Assembly (NCBI RefSeq): GCF_000143415.4 | Contig: NW_003314278.1 | Location: 2,314,408 to 2,378,407, forward strand | Reading direction: 5' to 3' | Source of the DNA: Selaginella moellendorffii | Lineage: Eukaryota > Plantae > Lycopodiophyta | DNA length: 64,000 nt | Part shown: piece after piece, positions 12,743 through 25,722 of the stretch | Layout: every line of letters starts with the position of its first letter | Numbering within the stretch: position 1 is the stretch's first letter | Notes under the pieces: generated by a model | The model's database searches: none | The model's input: only the letters and a program-made list of their open reading frames with translations | Told to the model about the DNA's origin: nothing | Made by a program: the position numbers and the translations under genes

Positions 12743-13932
12743 TTATCTTTTTTTAGAGACCACAAGAACGCCCATTAGCCCCCCAGCGATTTCATAGTGG
12801 ACGGCCTTCGAGAATCCTGCTTGCGCTGCAATTTTTTCTAGCTCCTGCCCTGAAAATCCCTTCCCAGATTTGCAAAGGTTTCTTTAGAACAAATGCAATA
12901 CCTGTGTGGAAGTTCTCGATTGATTCCTTGAGGTACTCGTAGTCCTCGCGGAATCCAAACTGAGAGGCTACTGGAACGACAACATTGTCAAGCATCCAGC
13001 CCTGCACAGCGATACCATGACTGGTACTCTTAGAACAAACTGTAACAATCTTACTTGCAAGCTGCTTGTAACGGGATCGGTGCTTTTGTTGAAATCTAAG
13101 ATGGATGCTAGAGCACCTGAACTTCAACGAACTCTCGATAGCCAACTCTCTTTTAGCAGCATTGTCATACCTGGCCTTAGAACACGTAAAATCTCTTCGA
13201 AAGCTCGAGGAACATCTCGAACGTTGCGAAGGCCGTATCCAACCGTGACCGCGTCGAATTGCCCTACGTTGAATGGCAAGTTTAGAGCATCGCCTAGGCA
13301 CCACCTGCAAAAAGTCTACTCTTCCTGTTAAACATCAAACACTTCCCCATCCCCTTACTCAATGTTTCGTCGCCCATATGATTTCTTTTGTCGCTCCCTT
13401 GCCAAGGCTAGCTGTTCTTCAGCAAAATCGAGCCCAGTCACCTGTAAGGCCGAAAGATCATACCTTGCATCGGCTCGGACAAGAATTCCTACCTTGCCTC
13501 TGGGCCCGACTTTCTCCGCTAGAAGCATGGCCAAATCCCCACTGCCGCAGCATATATCAAGCACCGAGTCTCCAGCTTTGGCACTAGATAGATAATGAAT
13601 GAATGTTAGGAATTCCCGGGGGATGAGAACTCTCGGGAGTTTTTACCCGCTCCATCCGACAGCCATCCTCTTCCAAATCCTGTGCTGCCCAAGGCTCAGC
13701 ACATCATTCAGCTGGAAAAAGAAAATCCTTAAGAACTTTACTTGGAGGAGAGAGGAGAGCCACCTACATTGTCATACATTGGAGCAATGCGATTGAACAG
13801 ACGTTGCCGGTGCGCCGCTTGCTCGTCATCAACGGCCGACACTGGAAATCCTCGCGCGGAAAGATTACCAATTCTGGAACCCAACGCCGGCCCCTGGAGC
13901 GCCGCCATCGACGTCGGCAGCTGCAGCGCCAT
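12743..13932 (-). CDS. MENG: 2-phytyl-1,4-naphthoquinone methyltransferase (UbiE/MenG family), plastid-targeted
   Basis: LFNRIAPMYDN-LNDVLSLGQHRIWKR, VLDICCGSGDLA, VTGLDFA, TVGYGLRNV, ILDFNKS, YEYLKESI, YEIAGGLMG. The N-terminus resembles a transit peptide. Confidence 0.93.
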
Positions 13933-14601
13933 CGCAGGCTACAAAGCCCTAAAATCTATCTAAAACAAAGTTATTATGTGAAAAGAAAATGCGATCTCAC
14001 TTGAGAACACACCTCAGAACACTTTTATTATTTGACAATTAAATTAACACTTCATTGCTCTATGACAATCTTATGATACAAATTCCAGGAAAAGTATGAA
14101 CTTCTACAAGAGAAAAGGTGGAAACAGTGATCTAGGTAGTTAGATGACATGTTAAGTGGCAAGTTAAGGAATCTTTGGGATTGAGCCAATCTTGGGAGCT
14201 TGGATTGGTTCACAAAGATCACTAGTGAAGGAAGGAAGCAAAAGTTTATCATAACAATCCAAAATTCTGGGAGATGATAGGCATTATAAACATTGTGGGC
14301 TTTAGAGGATAAAAGAAGGTATCACCCAACAACTTGGTCTTAGGAATAACCTCCTATCCTCTTTAAAAGAAGGAACACAAATTTAAATGTGTTAAAAAAT
14401 GTTCTTAGAGAGAATTCCAAATTTGACCTTGGTTCCCATGTTGAATATTCTTTTAGAATACTTTTACACACTAAACTACCATTTACTACCTGAAAACCTG
14501 GAAGCTAGTAGCACGTACTTCGTCAGCTTTGGCCATCATTTACTTCTTTTTGCTATCGAAGGTAATGATAATTAATAGAGCACAAAGGGTTTCGACAAAT
14601 C

Positions 14602-16000
14602 ATGGAATCATCAAGACCGCTGGTCCTCGAGCCTTTCGGAGTGTTGCACCCAATCCTTCAAAAGCTGCCAGAATTTCTAGTGCGAAGGCTGATCCGCCGC
14701 GGTGTGGCAACGCAGCTGCGCTACTTGTATGGATTGTCCGCTGAAGAGCAGCTCCAGGGCCTTGTTAATTTCGTCCAGAGTAAGTTCTCCCTCTCATTCT
14801 AGTCGAATCAATCGATTTGCTTTGATCTTGTTTTGTAGATGCCAAGCAAATGCCCGTCATGGAAGCAGGGGGCTCTTTCCGGGACGAGATTTACGATGTT
14901 GACTTCTTCAAACTCCTGCTTGGAAAGCATCTCAAGTACAGGTAGGAAGAACCCAAGATCTGATCATACATCTCATGACAATTAGAATGCTCAAATCTGA
15001 ATGCTCAGCTGCTTGCTTTACGAGGATCCTTCGTTCACGGACGAGCAAGCTGAGGAAGCCATGTTTAAGCTGTGTTGCGACAGAGCACGCATCCAGGACG
15101 GGCAGCGTATCTTGGATCTTGGAGGCGGCTATGGCGGACTGGTTATGTATATCGCGCAGAAGTTTCCTTCATGCCAGATTACTTCCATAGCCGATTCAAG
15201 AGTCCAAACGGAGCACATCCGAGAGGAATGCAGGTAACAAGCACTCTCTCATTTCTTTTCTGGTGCCAAGATCTTCCATGCTTAATTGTAGAAAAAGAGG
15301 CCTGGTAAACGTTGAGGCGATTGATTGCGACATAACAAGCACCAAAATCACACAGACTTTTGACAGGATCTTCTGCATCGGCGTTTTCGAGGTGACAATA
15401 GAATATTGAATTCAAATCTTCCATCATTGATGTTCTAACTAAGCATTGTTGAAAATTTGAGCAGCACATGATAAACTATCAAAAGTTTATGAAGATAGTG
15501 TCTGATCTTACGAGCGAAGGAGGTCTCCTCTTCGTGGAGCATGTCTGTCACAAGCTATTCGCATACCGTACGGTAAATGCTCGCAATATCCTTTCGTTTC
15601 TTTGCTAGTAACTACGTAAATCTCTCCTCCTTGTAATTTATCTCTAGACAACGGGCAACAGGATGCTGGCAGACGCATTGCCACTGTATTTCCAGGACGA
15701 TTTTGTGATACTGGATCATTGGCGAGTAAATGGAACCCATCAAGGACGATCTTGGTAACCATATATTGATTCTATATAACTTCACGCTCTTGGAAACCTT
15801 GCAGTGAAGCCTGGATGAGAAATCTGGATGCCAAATTCGACCAAGTTAGCGCCTTGTTTGCAAAGGCTTATGGGGAGGACAATGCAAGCAAGAGGCTGGC
15901 AGGCTTTAGATCAAACCTCCTCCTGGGCGCGGAAATGTTCAGCTACAACAATGGACAGGAATGGTTTGTTTCGCACAAGCTCTTCCAAAAGAGAGCCTAA
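14602..16000 (+). CDS. Coclaurine N-methyltransferase-like SAM-dependent methyltransferase (CMAS/CNMT family)
   Basis: FFKLLLGKHLKYS-C, AEEAMFKLCCDRARIQDGQRILDLGGGYG, FDRIFCIGVFE-HMINY, LYFQDDFVILDHWRVNGTH, EAWMRNLD, AEMFSYNNGQEWFVSHKLF. Confidence 0.88.
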
Positions 16001-16367
16001 TTTCTACGCACTTAGACATGGTTTGCAAACAATATAATTCCTATCAAGATTTTAGTGCCGAGACTCACACATGAAACCCAAGGTTGCTAACCACGGCCAA
16101 GCCAATGGGCGGACAACGCGTGGACTACATATTCCTCTCTTTACGTTCTTATTGGATGGCCCATATCTCTCTGTTGTTCCTAGGCGAGGAGGAGGAGGGT
16201 ATGGCGTAACGAGGTTTGCTTCCGCCATTTACTACTGGCAGCTCCGGCGGCGCTCTCGATCGAAGTCTAAGAAAAAGGTATGCTCGATCTAGAATGGAAT
16301 TCTAAAAAATCTAGAGAGTTTTGATCTAAAGCGCATTCAAGATTGATCGATCTTTGTGCACAGCAAA

Positions 16368-17144
16368 ATGCCGAAAGGAAGGGTCTCCACCAGCGTGAAT
16401 TCCCCGACCGTGGACATCGTAATTGACATGGGGAACCCATTCCTAAACAGGACTGTGGATGGATTCTTCAAGATTGGAGCTGTAAGCTTTCTAGATTGTG
16501 TGGTTGGCTTGTCCAATTTCTTCCCTTGATTTTCTTTTGCAGGTCAGTGCAGGACATGCAGCTGGCCAGGAAGCTTACAAAGTTCTCAAGAAACGTAAGT
16601 ACCCCTCCAGGTGTTATTCTATTTGGTGGTATTTTTTTCTTCTCATTTTCTCTAGAGACTGTCACCAAGCATGATCTCGAGTATACGGTACGTCACATGA
16701 AAATAAATTCGCGAGTGAAAATTTACTGTGTTACTGCAGCTCAAGCGAATGGGAAAAGACGGGTTACACTGGGGTAACTTTTAAAGTTCATGACTCAATC
16801 GAAGCTATCCTTCTTTTTTTTTTTCTTTTTTTTTGTTTGTTTTTTCTGGTTTTCTCTCGGGAACGGTTTTTAGGAGCCATCGCGGGACTCTATACGGGAA
16901 TGGAGTATGGAATTGAGCGAGTTCGTGGGAAGCACGACTGGGTAAGTTCCATTCGTTTTTCTAGAGCGTCACTGATAGATCGCTGACTGATCACCGACAG
17001 AAGAACGCAATGCTTGGGGGTGCCGTGACTGGAGCGCTCGTGAGCTTTGGGGAGCATCGCTACAGCCGTGACAAGATGGTCCAGAACGCCATCGCTGGGG
17101 CCGCCATCGCCACGGCCTCGGAATTCCTGCGTCATCTTACGTGA
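16368..17144 (+). CDS. OEP16: Plastid outer envelope pore protein OEP16 (PRAT/Tim17 family)
   Basis: Spliced exons give MPKGRVSTSVNSPTVDIVIDMGNPFLNRTVDGFFKIGA...GLHWGAIAGLYTGMEYGIERVRGKHDWKNAMLGGAVTGALVS...AIATASEFLRHLT*. Confidence 0.92.
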
Positions 17145-17586
17145 GCGAAGCTTTCGCGACCCGATTCAAGTACGCTAACATCACGGCCATGACACCAACA
17201 TGTCTAGAGCAGCGCCTATTAGAATCTGGTCAGAAAAGTTGGGAAAGAACTTTCGTGAACTTGGAAGGACTTCTCACCAAATAAGAACTTATCTTTTTTT
17301 CTTTCTTTCTTTTTTCTCTTGCTTTGAGATCTCTTAGGCACTCGTGACTCGATGGATGTGGAAATGCTTGTGCCCGCGCTCAATCTAGAGGGACCACCTT
17401 TGGTTTCTTAATCTTTCTAATTTTCTTCGTTGCTCTCAGAGCTTGCCTAGATTGGCCATGAAGATTTTCTGGTGAAGTCTCTGACATAGCCAGAGATTAG
17501 ATAGCTAGGCAGAGTTCTGATCTCACGTCGCTTTCTCGCTAAATATCGTCACATTGTTGAAAAACCATGGCGTTTTCCACAATCGC

Positions 17587-17658
17587 GGAGGTATAGCTCA
17601 GTGGTAGAGCAATTGACTGCAGATCAATGGGTCTCTGGTTCGAATCCGGATATCTCCT
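17587..17658 (+). tRNA. tRNA-Cys (anticodon GCA)
   Basis: GGAGGTA/TATCTCC acceptor stem, A-box TAGCTCAGTGG, anticodon arm ATTGA-CTGCAGA-TCAAT, B-box GGTTCGAATCC, T6 terminator at ~17672. Confidence 0.95.
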
Positions 17659-19593
17659 CTCATTTCCTAACTTTTTTAATCTAACAAGGACGAGCTCTAC
17701 TTTATTTCTTTTCTCAATGCATGTTGCGCGCATTGAATTCGCCGGCTCTCCATCGATCTCAATCTTGTCCGGTCAAGAGCGAGAGAGCGGAAAATGGAGG
17801 AAGTTTCAGGAATGGATGGACGGATCATCCTTTCTTCATGAATTCATCGTAGGCTCCACTGGCTCAAACTCTTTGATCGATGGATCCAAGAGATTGCGCC
17901 ATTTAAACCAAGAGTGTAACAGTGAAAGGAGTTGTTTTGTCCCCGATTGACCGCGACCAGCCACCCGACTTGACAATGTCTTGGAGTGTTTGTTCCTCCG
18001 GCTCGAGAAAACAAATGGCGAAAGTTCTACAATACGATTTCCGGCATTGACAATCGGTGAAGTACGGATGCTCGTTCTTTCGTTCCAGTTTCGTCCCAGT
18101 TTCAGATCGGTTTTTTCATCTAGAAAAAAAAAAAAAAAAAAAACTTTTGGTTGACCCCCTGATGTGTACACGCCAAGGCATTTTTGCGTGTGCGGTAGCA
18201 ACGACAAGGTACAAACGGCAGAGAAACTGTGGGCCTGGAGAGAAAATTAAATGGATTAAAACAAACTTGGAAAGATCCTCCTCCGCGATAAGCTCGACAA
18301 GTGTGTAGACTTACGACCCAATTCCGTCCCCGGATCGAATTTCCAAGAGGTTGGAAGAAGCCGCCAATTTGGCGTTCTCCGTTTTTAAATTTGAAAACAG
18401 GATATTCCACGGCATTTAGGGCTCGCAGGGACAGCTGGGACCGCGGTTTTTTCCTTGGAGTAGAGCGCTGGTGGCCCAATACTGTCGCTAAAAGCCCCAC
18501 TTTTGCACGTCCTCACAGAGGAAAGTGAAAAGGAGAGAACCACGTACAGTAAACACACTCTCCAGCACCAAAGATCGACATGTCGAGGCTCGGAAGCCCC
18601 GCCATGCCACCTTTTGAGCCCTCCGAGCAATCAAACCGGGAAAAAAACACAAGCGAGACGAGAGCCCCAATAATCTGGACGAGATCGATTGAGCGCCCCA
18701 TTGTCGGGAAAAGAGGCAGAAGGTTTCAAACCGATACGTAGGATCAATGCACGTAGACGTAGACAATGTACATACGGTTTTACCACTTTTGATCTTTTGT
18801 TGGAAAGAATGGGACCTTCTACTGACTAGTAGAGTGTGGGATCACACACACCACCCACCGAATTGCCGTGTCCAAGGATCCCACCAAGATCCCAAGTTGC
18901 CGCCGCTATACTGAGAGGGAAGGATCGAGCACCCTGGAACACACTGACACAAGAAGAACAGAGTACCAACTTGGTCATCTTCCTAGGTGCTCAAGGTGTC
19001 TAGGCATGCAAATGCCACAATTGGGCATTCTAGTACGTATGTCATGAATAGTAGGCAAAACTTAACTAATGTTGTTTTTTTCCTTGTTGCTTTGTGGGAT
19101 TTGTGCGTTGGTTTAGAAGTAAAATGATTTGGCAATGGTGGTGGAGGATCGAGAAGTTGTCGGGCTCGCGCGCTCAAGCGTTGGGCTGATTGCCAAAAAC
19201 AAAAGGTGGTGGATCGCGGTGAAGTGTGGCCTCGACATCCACATCCGACACAACGTTTCAAGCACCAACATGGACCATCTCACTATATATCCTTGCGACC
19301 GTTTGGGACAAGTTCCATCAGAACAAAAGAATGAGAGGAATTTTTACAGTTATACACTTTTGCATTTCTGCTATCTTTCTCATGGTTATAATTTTCATCT
19401 TTTCGCTCCTCACTGTTGCTTAAAAGGCCACACACAACACGGGGACCCCTAATTGTGTTTGGAGTTGTCTTGTGACTGATCGCTTAAACAACGCTATATA
19501 ACATCGCAGCTAGCGGTTTTGTTCTCCCTAGGAATCCATCAACACTGTTCTAGAACGATAGGAGGGAGCGAAGAACTCGCAGATATTTCTATC

Positions 19594-19967
19594 ATGTGTC
19601 GCCAGCAGAGATCAAGGCTTGCGGTTCTTCTTCTTGTGCTTCTTCTTGTGCTGCTGCCGCCACTCCCGGTGGAATCGTCCGCGCACCGGAGGCTCCTCCA
19701 AAAGGATTTGGAGTTTGATTTGCGACGCTTTCTCCAGTCGCTCATGGTGGAGAGCAAGAGGCATGGCGGGCTGCTCGTAGCGGAGCTCCATCGCGTGCCA
19801 AGCAGCCCGAATCCAATACAGAACGAGTGAGTATCCTCTCTCTCTCTCTCTTTTTTTCCTCCCTGAGCATTTATGTCTCGCAAATTCTTCCGCGCGAGAG
19901 AAAACAGAGCACCATCACATTTATTGATTCCTTCTCTTGCAGATTCACGGACGAAGTCCACCATTGA
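19594..19967 (+). CDS. CLE: CLE (CLV3/ESR-related) peptide precursor, motif HRVPSSPNPIQN (TDIF/H-type-like)
   Basis: Signal peptide LAVLLLVLLLVLLPPLPVES, variable region and 12-aa CLE box at 19789-19824. The ORF stops at 19830 if unspliced, or at 19967 via intron 19827-19942. TATA box near 19496. Confidence 0.8.
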
Positions 19968-22900
19968 GAATTCGGCAATTCTCCGCATCAAATTGGCCCG
20001 CTCGCTCGCTCGATCCAATCCAAGAGATCGATTTCGGTAGTCGCCAAATCGTGAACGCAGCGAGTAATTCCGAGGCTTCTAGTTACATATACTCTCTCGC
20101 CCCTCGTGACACTCCGCGAGCGCAAGCTTACAAACATCCCAATCAATCGATCAAGAGCACGAGAAACTTGGTCAGGAACAGCGGAGAGTCCTTCAAAGTT
20201 ACAAGGAATAGTTTAGAGAAATCGCTTGTCTTTTCTTGTGTGTTTTTGTGGATTCCATCGCTCTGAATGAGGAGAAACCCAAGCCCATCTATCATCTAAT
20301 TCGCAAGTTTTCTCGCTCGATCATATCCCTTTTTCCAAAGTCACCAACTAGCAACGCAACTTGCCTTACACATTTATACTATTATTTCCCACAGACCTTC
20401 TCTCACTTGATCGATCATTCACAAAAGTTTGATGAGTTTCTTCCTCCTCTCTCTCTCGCCATTTAGTTAGAATCTCCTGGCGGATCCAAATTCATGCATG
20501 CGCAACAAGAACATTTAAAATCGGGAGCGTGGTAGAGGAGTACGTATACCCAGTGTCACAACGAGGTATAGATATAGGTATGCCAAGACATTGAATTTTA
20601 GAGTGTGGTTGGGCAACCATAGCCTGGAAAAGATGAAACAGGCCAAGACCGTGCATCTATCTCTGTGAAGCTAGATTGCCATCTATTCGATCCAGAACTC
20701 CTTTTCTTTTACGAGCTTGTTTCTTCCTCCTCTTTTTTGTTCTTGGGCATTTCAGATCCAGTGAAGCCTAGCGAGAATTTAAGGCCGTGTGTTGTTCCGG
20801 TCAGTGTACCAACATTCTTGCAGTGCGATCGAGATTTCATGATGGAAACTGTGCAAACACAAGTTAAAGATCGATTCTGGAAACTTTAGATAGCTAAGCG
20901 TTTAGCTTTTGAGTTAGAGCTTTAAGATCATGCCAAGCTGATGTATATAGAATTGACCAGCTGATTGACAAGGAAAAGAATCGCATGTATGGCCCGTGAA
21001 CCCGGCCCATTCTTTGGATTTGTTTTGCAAGATTGTCAAAGCAAGCGAGCCACGCGGCCACATCTAGGCATCACGACACGGAGCTGGAGCCAAGCGTTGA
21101 ATCGAAAAGGGAATATTGGAGCTTGGATGGAGCAAGCAAAGCGAGGGCGCAAAATAGTCAGTCGGGTCACCTAACGGGCAAAGAATACCGTACAAAATAC
21201 TTGTTTTCTCGCAGAGCCTTGCATGATTTGGAGAGAACTTTAGCGCTGTAAGTGGACAAGCAAGGAAAGTCGTTAGCTTTAGCGCTTGCTGCACGCCACC
21301 TTCGATCGGTGAGCTCTTTTGGCTTCCCGCGCTCTTTAAAAATTTAAATGTCAAAGTACACATCGGTCATAGCCACGAGGTTTTTTAGGGTTCTTGATTG
21401 CTGGCGGGTATGAATGGCAACTGGTGAGTTCCTGGCATTGCTTTTTTCTAATGGCAACTAGTTCCTGGCATGTTTTTTCACTTCCTAGCATAGTTTATGA
21501 CCTGGGCTCTGGAGTGTGAAGCTTCTTTTCTCTTTTTTATTTTCGGCAGGCATCTGATTGTTTTGTCGATGCACGGAACAATGGGACAAAATGGTGCCTC
21601 CGGATCATCACAGCCTGATCAACCGCGAAAAATAATTCACGTCCACAGCAACACACTGCGGCATACTAGTCTCCTCAAGCTCATAAATTTGCTGCGCCGC
21701 GGCTGACACTGGTGAGTGATTCCGGGGGATTGTTTGAATGATTGGAAATGGCCACGGCCCCACAAACCTGTGCCCAAATCACTCGCTTGGTTCCTTTGCG
21801 TCCCTTGAAAAAAAAATTTCCCTCATGCTTGCAAGACCATCTTATTTTTCTAACTTGTTTTTTTGCTTTGTTTTTCTTTTGTTTTTGCTCCATCTTTGCT
21901 TTTAACTTGTTTTTGCTTTGCAGGCACAGTCACACCACTGACAAGTTCCATTCAACGTTTTTCCAAATCTCTCTCGGAACGGAGATGTTGCCTCTGCGAG
22001 CAAATGTGATGAAGGCTTTCGTGCTCAGTGCGTACTGGCGAGTGTTGCTGCCATGGCGACGTAGAGCTTGGCCTGTAAGTCCTCTCTCTTTCCTAGTTTC
22101 CTGCGTTGCTGCTGACTGGTCTTGGTCTCTCGGTCGTGCTCCAGCAGTAGTTTTCGCTTTGTCTTTTCTAAAAAACTCTGGGCTTCGAAAGTGTTGGTAG
22201 CTCCTGTTTCGATTTATTGCCATGGCCAGCTAGCTCCAACTTGACAGTAGAATTTTTTCATCTGAGCGTATGAAAGCTTTGCGTTCCTTGCAGTGCCCGT
22301 TAATGGAAAGGTAATTGGTGAAGAGCAGAGCTGCGCGACGTGTCTAAGTTGTTTTAGCCTTCCATGTTTCGAGTTCTTGCTGTTTTTGTCACAAAATTCA
22401 AGCTCGCAGGCAGGCAGTCTGGCTGGATTTAAGAGAATGATGGCGGTATGAGTCAAGTGGCAACACAGGTACCCTGGCAAAGCTCTCACCGGTGTTGGGA
22501 CTCTGATATGAAACGAGTGTGCGTTTGTGCTGTGTCAGGTTTGGAATATACATTATGTGTTCCTGGATGGGCCGAGAGTACATTCTCCCCATGCAAATCC
22601 CCAGAGTTCTTGTCAAGACACTGGCTTCGTGTTATTGCTCGCTACGTGACCAAACACACGTATTTTGGGGCGCTTGTTACCACAGGGAGGTGATTGATGT
22701 ACAAGGACGGGTATGTTCTTTTCTATCTATTTTCTCGTTTTTTTCTTTCTTCTTTTTCTTTTTCTTTTGCCCTTTCGTTTTGGTTTTTCTTTCTCTTTTC
22801 TCTCTCTTTTCTCTCCAAGTGCATGTACTAACAGAGGCGTCCATGGAATTTTGCAGGGACGTTCTTTCTCCATGAGTCAGGCTTTTGTTTAAATGGGAGG

Positions 22901-25339
22901 AAGGCGACTGAGGGGCCTTGGAAAAAGGTAATCTGTCGAGGCACAGCTTAAATACAAGGTACGTATGCGTTGCTGGATATGGTGCGCCAGAGAGATCTTT
23001 TGGCTCACAGGATTCGTTCGTTCGGGCGGATCCTGACCTTTTTTCCAGTCGCAGTGAAAGAAAAAGCAAAACTCTATACGCTCTCATAGGCCGAAAGTTT
23101 TCCTTTCTCGAAACTAGCACGTTTTTTTTCTCCTGATGGTTCTTGCAGGTAGATATACTAGTACCAATGCCAATGTAGAAGATTTCATCAGGTACTCGGC
23201 ACCACTTGAATTGCCGTGCTGAAGCAACGAGAGACTATCCGTTCGTGGTAACATGGTAAGTACCTCCAATGCATCTGAGCATTGATTGTCTTCCTTGTTT
23301 TCTAACTCTAGAGCTCGTTTTTCTTCTAACAGGTGCTGTTTTCCTGTGCTCGTGGAACCAAGTCCAGATTCAAGCAAATGCAAATGCGCACCGGCGAGAC
23401 ATAACATTAAACAAGGAGGAGCGTTTCGTTGCGCGGCCTTGGACAGTTTTTTAACTCACACGACACAGGCAAGCCAGCCACAGTTGTGTGAATTGATCCC
23501 ATCGCAGACATTCCTCCTCCGACGTTGCGAACGTGGTGGTAAGTAACTCCAAAGTCTCCAAGTATTTCTTCTTTTGTTCTTCTTCCACATTTCATTAATT
23601 CCGTGTCATGCGCAGCTGCTAAGGAATCTGAGAGAGGGGGGTATTTATATTGTTTCTTCTCCGGGTCTCGGGAATCAAGCTAAAGGTAAAGAACAGTCCG
23701 GCTCTTCCAGATCTCCAGAGACTCCGCTCAGTCAAATTTATGATTTGGAGAGCGAGCAAAGATGATTTTCTCGATTGTGGAAGGTGATCCAGCTAGCCAG
23801 CCAGCTAAACGAGACGAGACGAGACGAGACGCGACGAGGATATCAGGCAAGTTTTACCAGCGATGATACGAGAAGATGATCGTTGAGCTGAGGAACGCCA
23901 GGCACAATACTATTTGGCTTGGCTTCCAAGGATTGGTTTCACATGAATTTATTCCCAGGCGCCATTAAATGCTCTTGAATGCATGTGCCAACAATGAATG
24001 AGGCAAGAGGGTGAGGTCTATCAAATCGGACATAAATGTTTGATGGTTCGTTCGTTCGCTCGCTTACGAATGGATAGAAAGTAAAAAAAAAATCAAGGGA
24101 AAAACTGATTTTGTATGTAAAAACGGATCATTTTCGCGATCAAGGTTTCCGAGGCCATGATCATCAAGTGGTGCTTCAAACATAGGAACGTGATGAAAGT
24201 GATCTCTGCTGCTGCGAAGGTCGAAAATGTCTGAGGAAGAACATGTCAAACGTCTATAATTTTGCTTGCTCCAGCCATTCATGGCTCATGAGCATTGCAG
24301 TCTACATATAGTTGTTTAGAGCGGAGGCGATGGTTCCATGCACGACGACGAGCCACATTTCAACGCGATGGAGGCATGTTTCGTCGTCAAAGTTTCGCTC
24401 CGCGTTGAATGGACTCTTTCAAACTTAAAGATTATGGAAAGGGATTGGATTGGCACTATGCTTCTTGGTGGGCAAGACCTCACTAAACAACATATAATTC
24501 AGTGACTGAATGTTATTGTGGATGCAAAGATTCGAGCATCTGGAGAACACGTTTAATAGCGTTTCTCAAGTTCCCAGTGCGAGAACTTCAGTTCCAGATC
24601 TCTTCTTCCACTAGCTGGAAGTGTAAGATAAAGATTCCTCGGGAATTTTAAACCAGCCATTAGCAGCACCTATCTGGAATCTCACTTAAGCTGACACTCG
24701 TCAATCTCTCCTTGGAAAGGAAGATCAAACGCGGAGAATACAGTTGTATTTTACTGAAGAAATAAGAATATGAAACGCTCGAATTGAATCTTAAGAACAA
24801 ACAGGCATCTTCGCAGCCTTTAATGCGCGGGTGTTGAAATAGCATGACACAAAGGAAGAGAAAAAAAAAAAGAAAAAAAAAAAAAGAGAACCAAGGGGAA
24901 GAACACAACTACGTAACAGTGTTCACATCATATGATATCTTTGTAAGTGTGTAGTATAAGACATGTGCTTGTGCGTGAAAGTCTTTTTTTTCCCAAGGTG
25001 GGTTCTTGAGAGCGAGAGTTTGGAGTTTCATTTCGAGTATGATCGGCGTGCGAGGAGCTGGGATCCTCCAAAAAAGCAATTTTTAACATGAATGATTGGA
25101 TCCTGCTCGTCAAGGGGCGAGCAGAATGATTCCCGGCTTGCACCAAGGGCCATGAAAATCGTCCGGGACGAAGAGGATCGAGAGATCAGAGTGAGCGAGA
25201 GGAAGAGAGAGAGAGGGAGAGACCAAGGATAAGCTTAGTTTTTCGGGTTCCACTAACTGCTGCTGGGAATCTCAGGGGTCACACACTATGAAAGGATTCT
25301 CTTTTCAAGTATAAAGGGCACCGATTCGTCCATGCGTGC

Positions 25340-25352
25340 TCTCCCGCTCTCG

Positions 25353-25388
<36 letters not shown>

Positions 25389-25392
25389 TACA
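25340..25392. repeat. (CT)n(CA)n compound microsatellite upstream of the second CLE gene
   Basis: Directly visible. Confidence 0.9.
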
Positions 25393-25722
25393 CGCTCCCA
25401 TCTTGATCTTGCTTGTGACAATTGGCGATCTTTCTAGCTTCCATAAGCCGCAAATCTGTGCAAGCGCTCGAGAGGGACTCCGTGAAGATTGAAGCTGGGA
25501 AGACAATGCCTGTCTAGAGAAGGAGGAAGAAGGATAAAGAAAGAAGAAAGAGCAGAGGAGCTTAGCGATATATAAAGTTTCTTTCCAGCGCGCATTCTTT
25601 CCGGGCCGATTGATTGATTGATCCTCGAATTTTGCTGACACCGCCGATCGAGAGAGGGCTTTTTGTCCGAGATTTCATGTCAATCCGTGTCCCATCGGCA
25701 AGCCGTGGACACGGGGAGGAGC

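Noticed and set aside
14000-14500. AT-rich spacer as a transposon remnant
   Set aside because: No terminal repeats, target-site duplication or coding similarity seen.
17700-19480. Short ORFs between tRNA-Cys and the first CLE gene
   Set aside because: No recognisable motifs or signal-peptide-plus-motif layout. Probably promoter or intergenic sequence.
20000-25300. Conserved plant miRNAs (miR156/160/166/171/319/396/408/536) or snRNA USE elements
   Set aside because: No convincing match found by eye. Lineage-specific miRNAs cannot be excluded without folding and small-RNA data.
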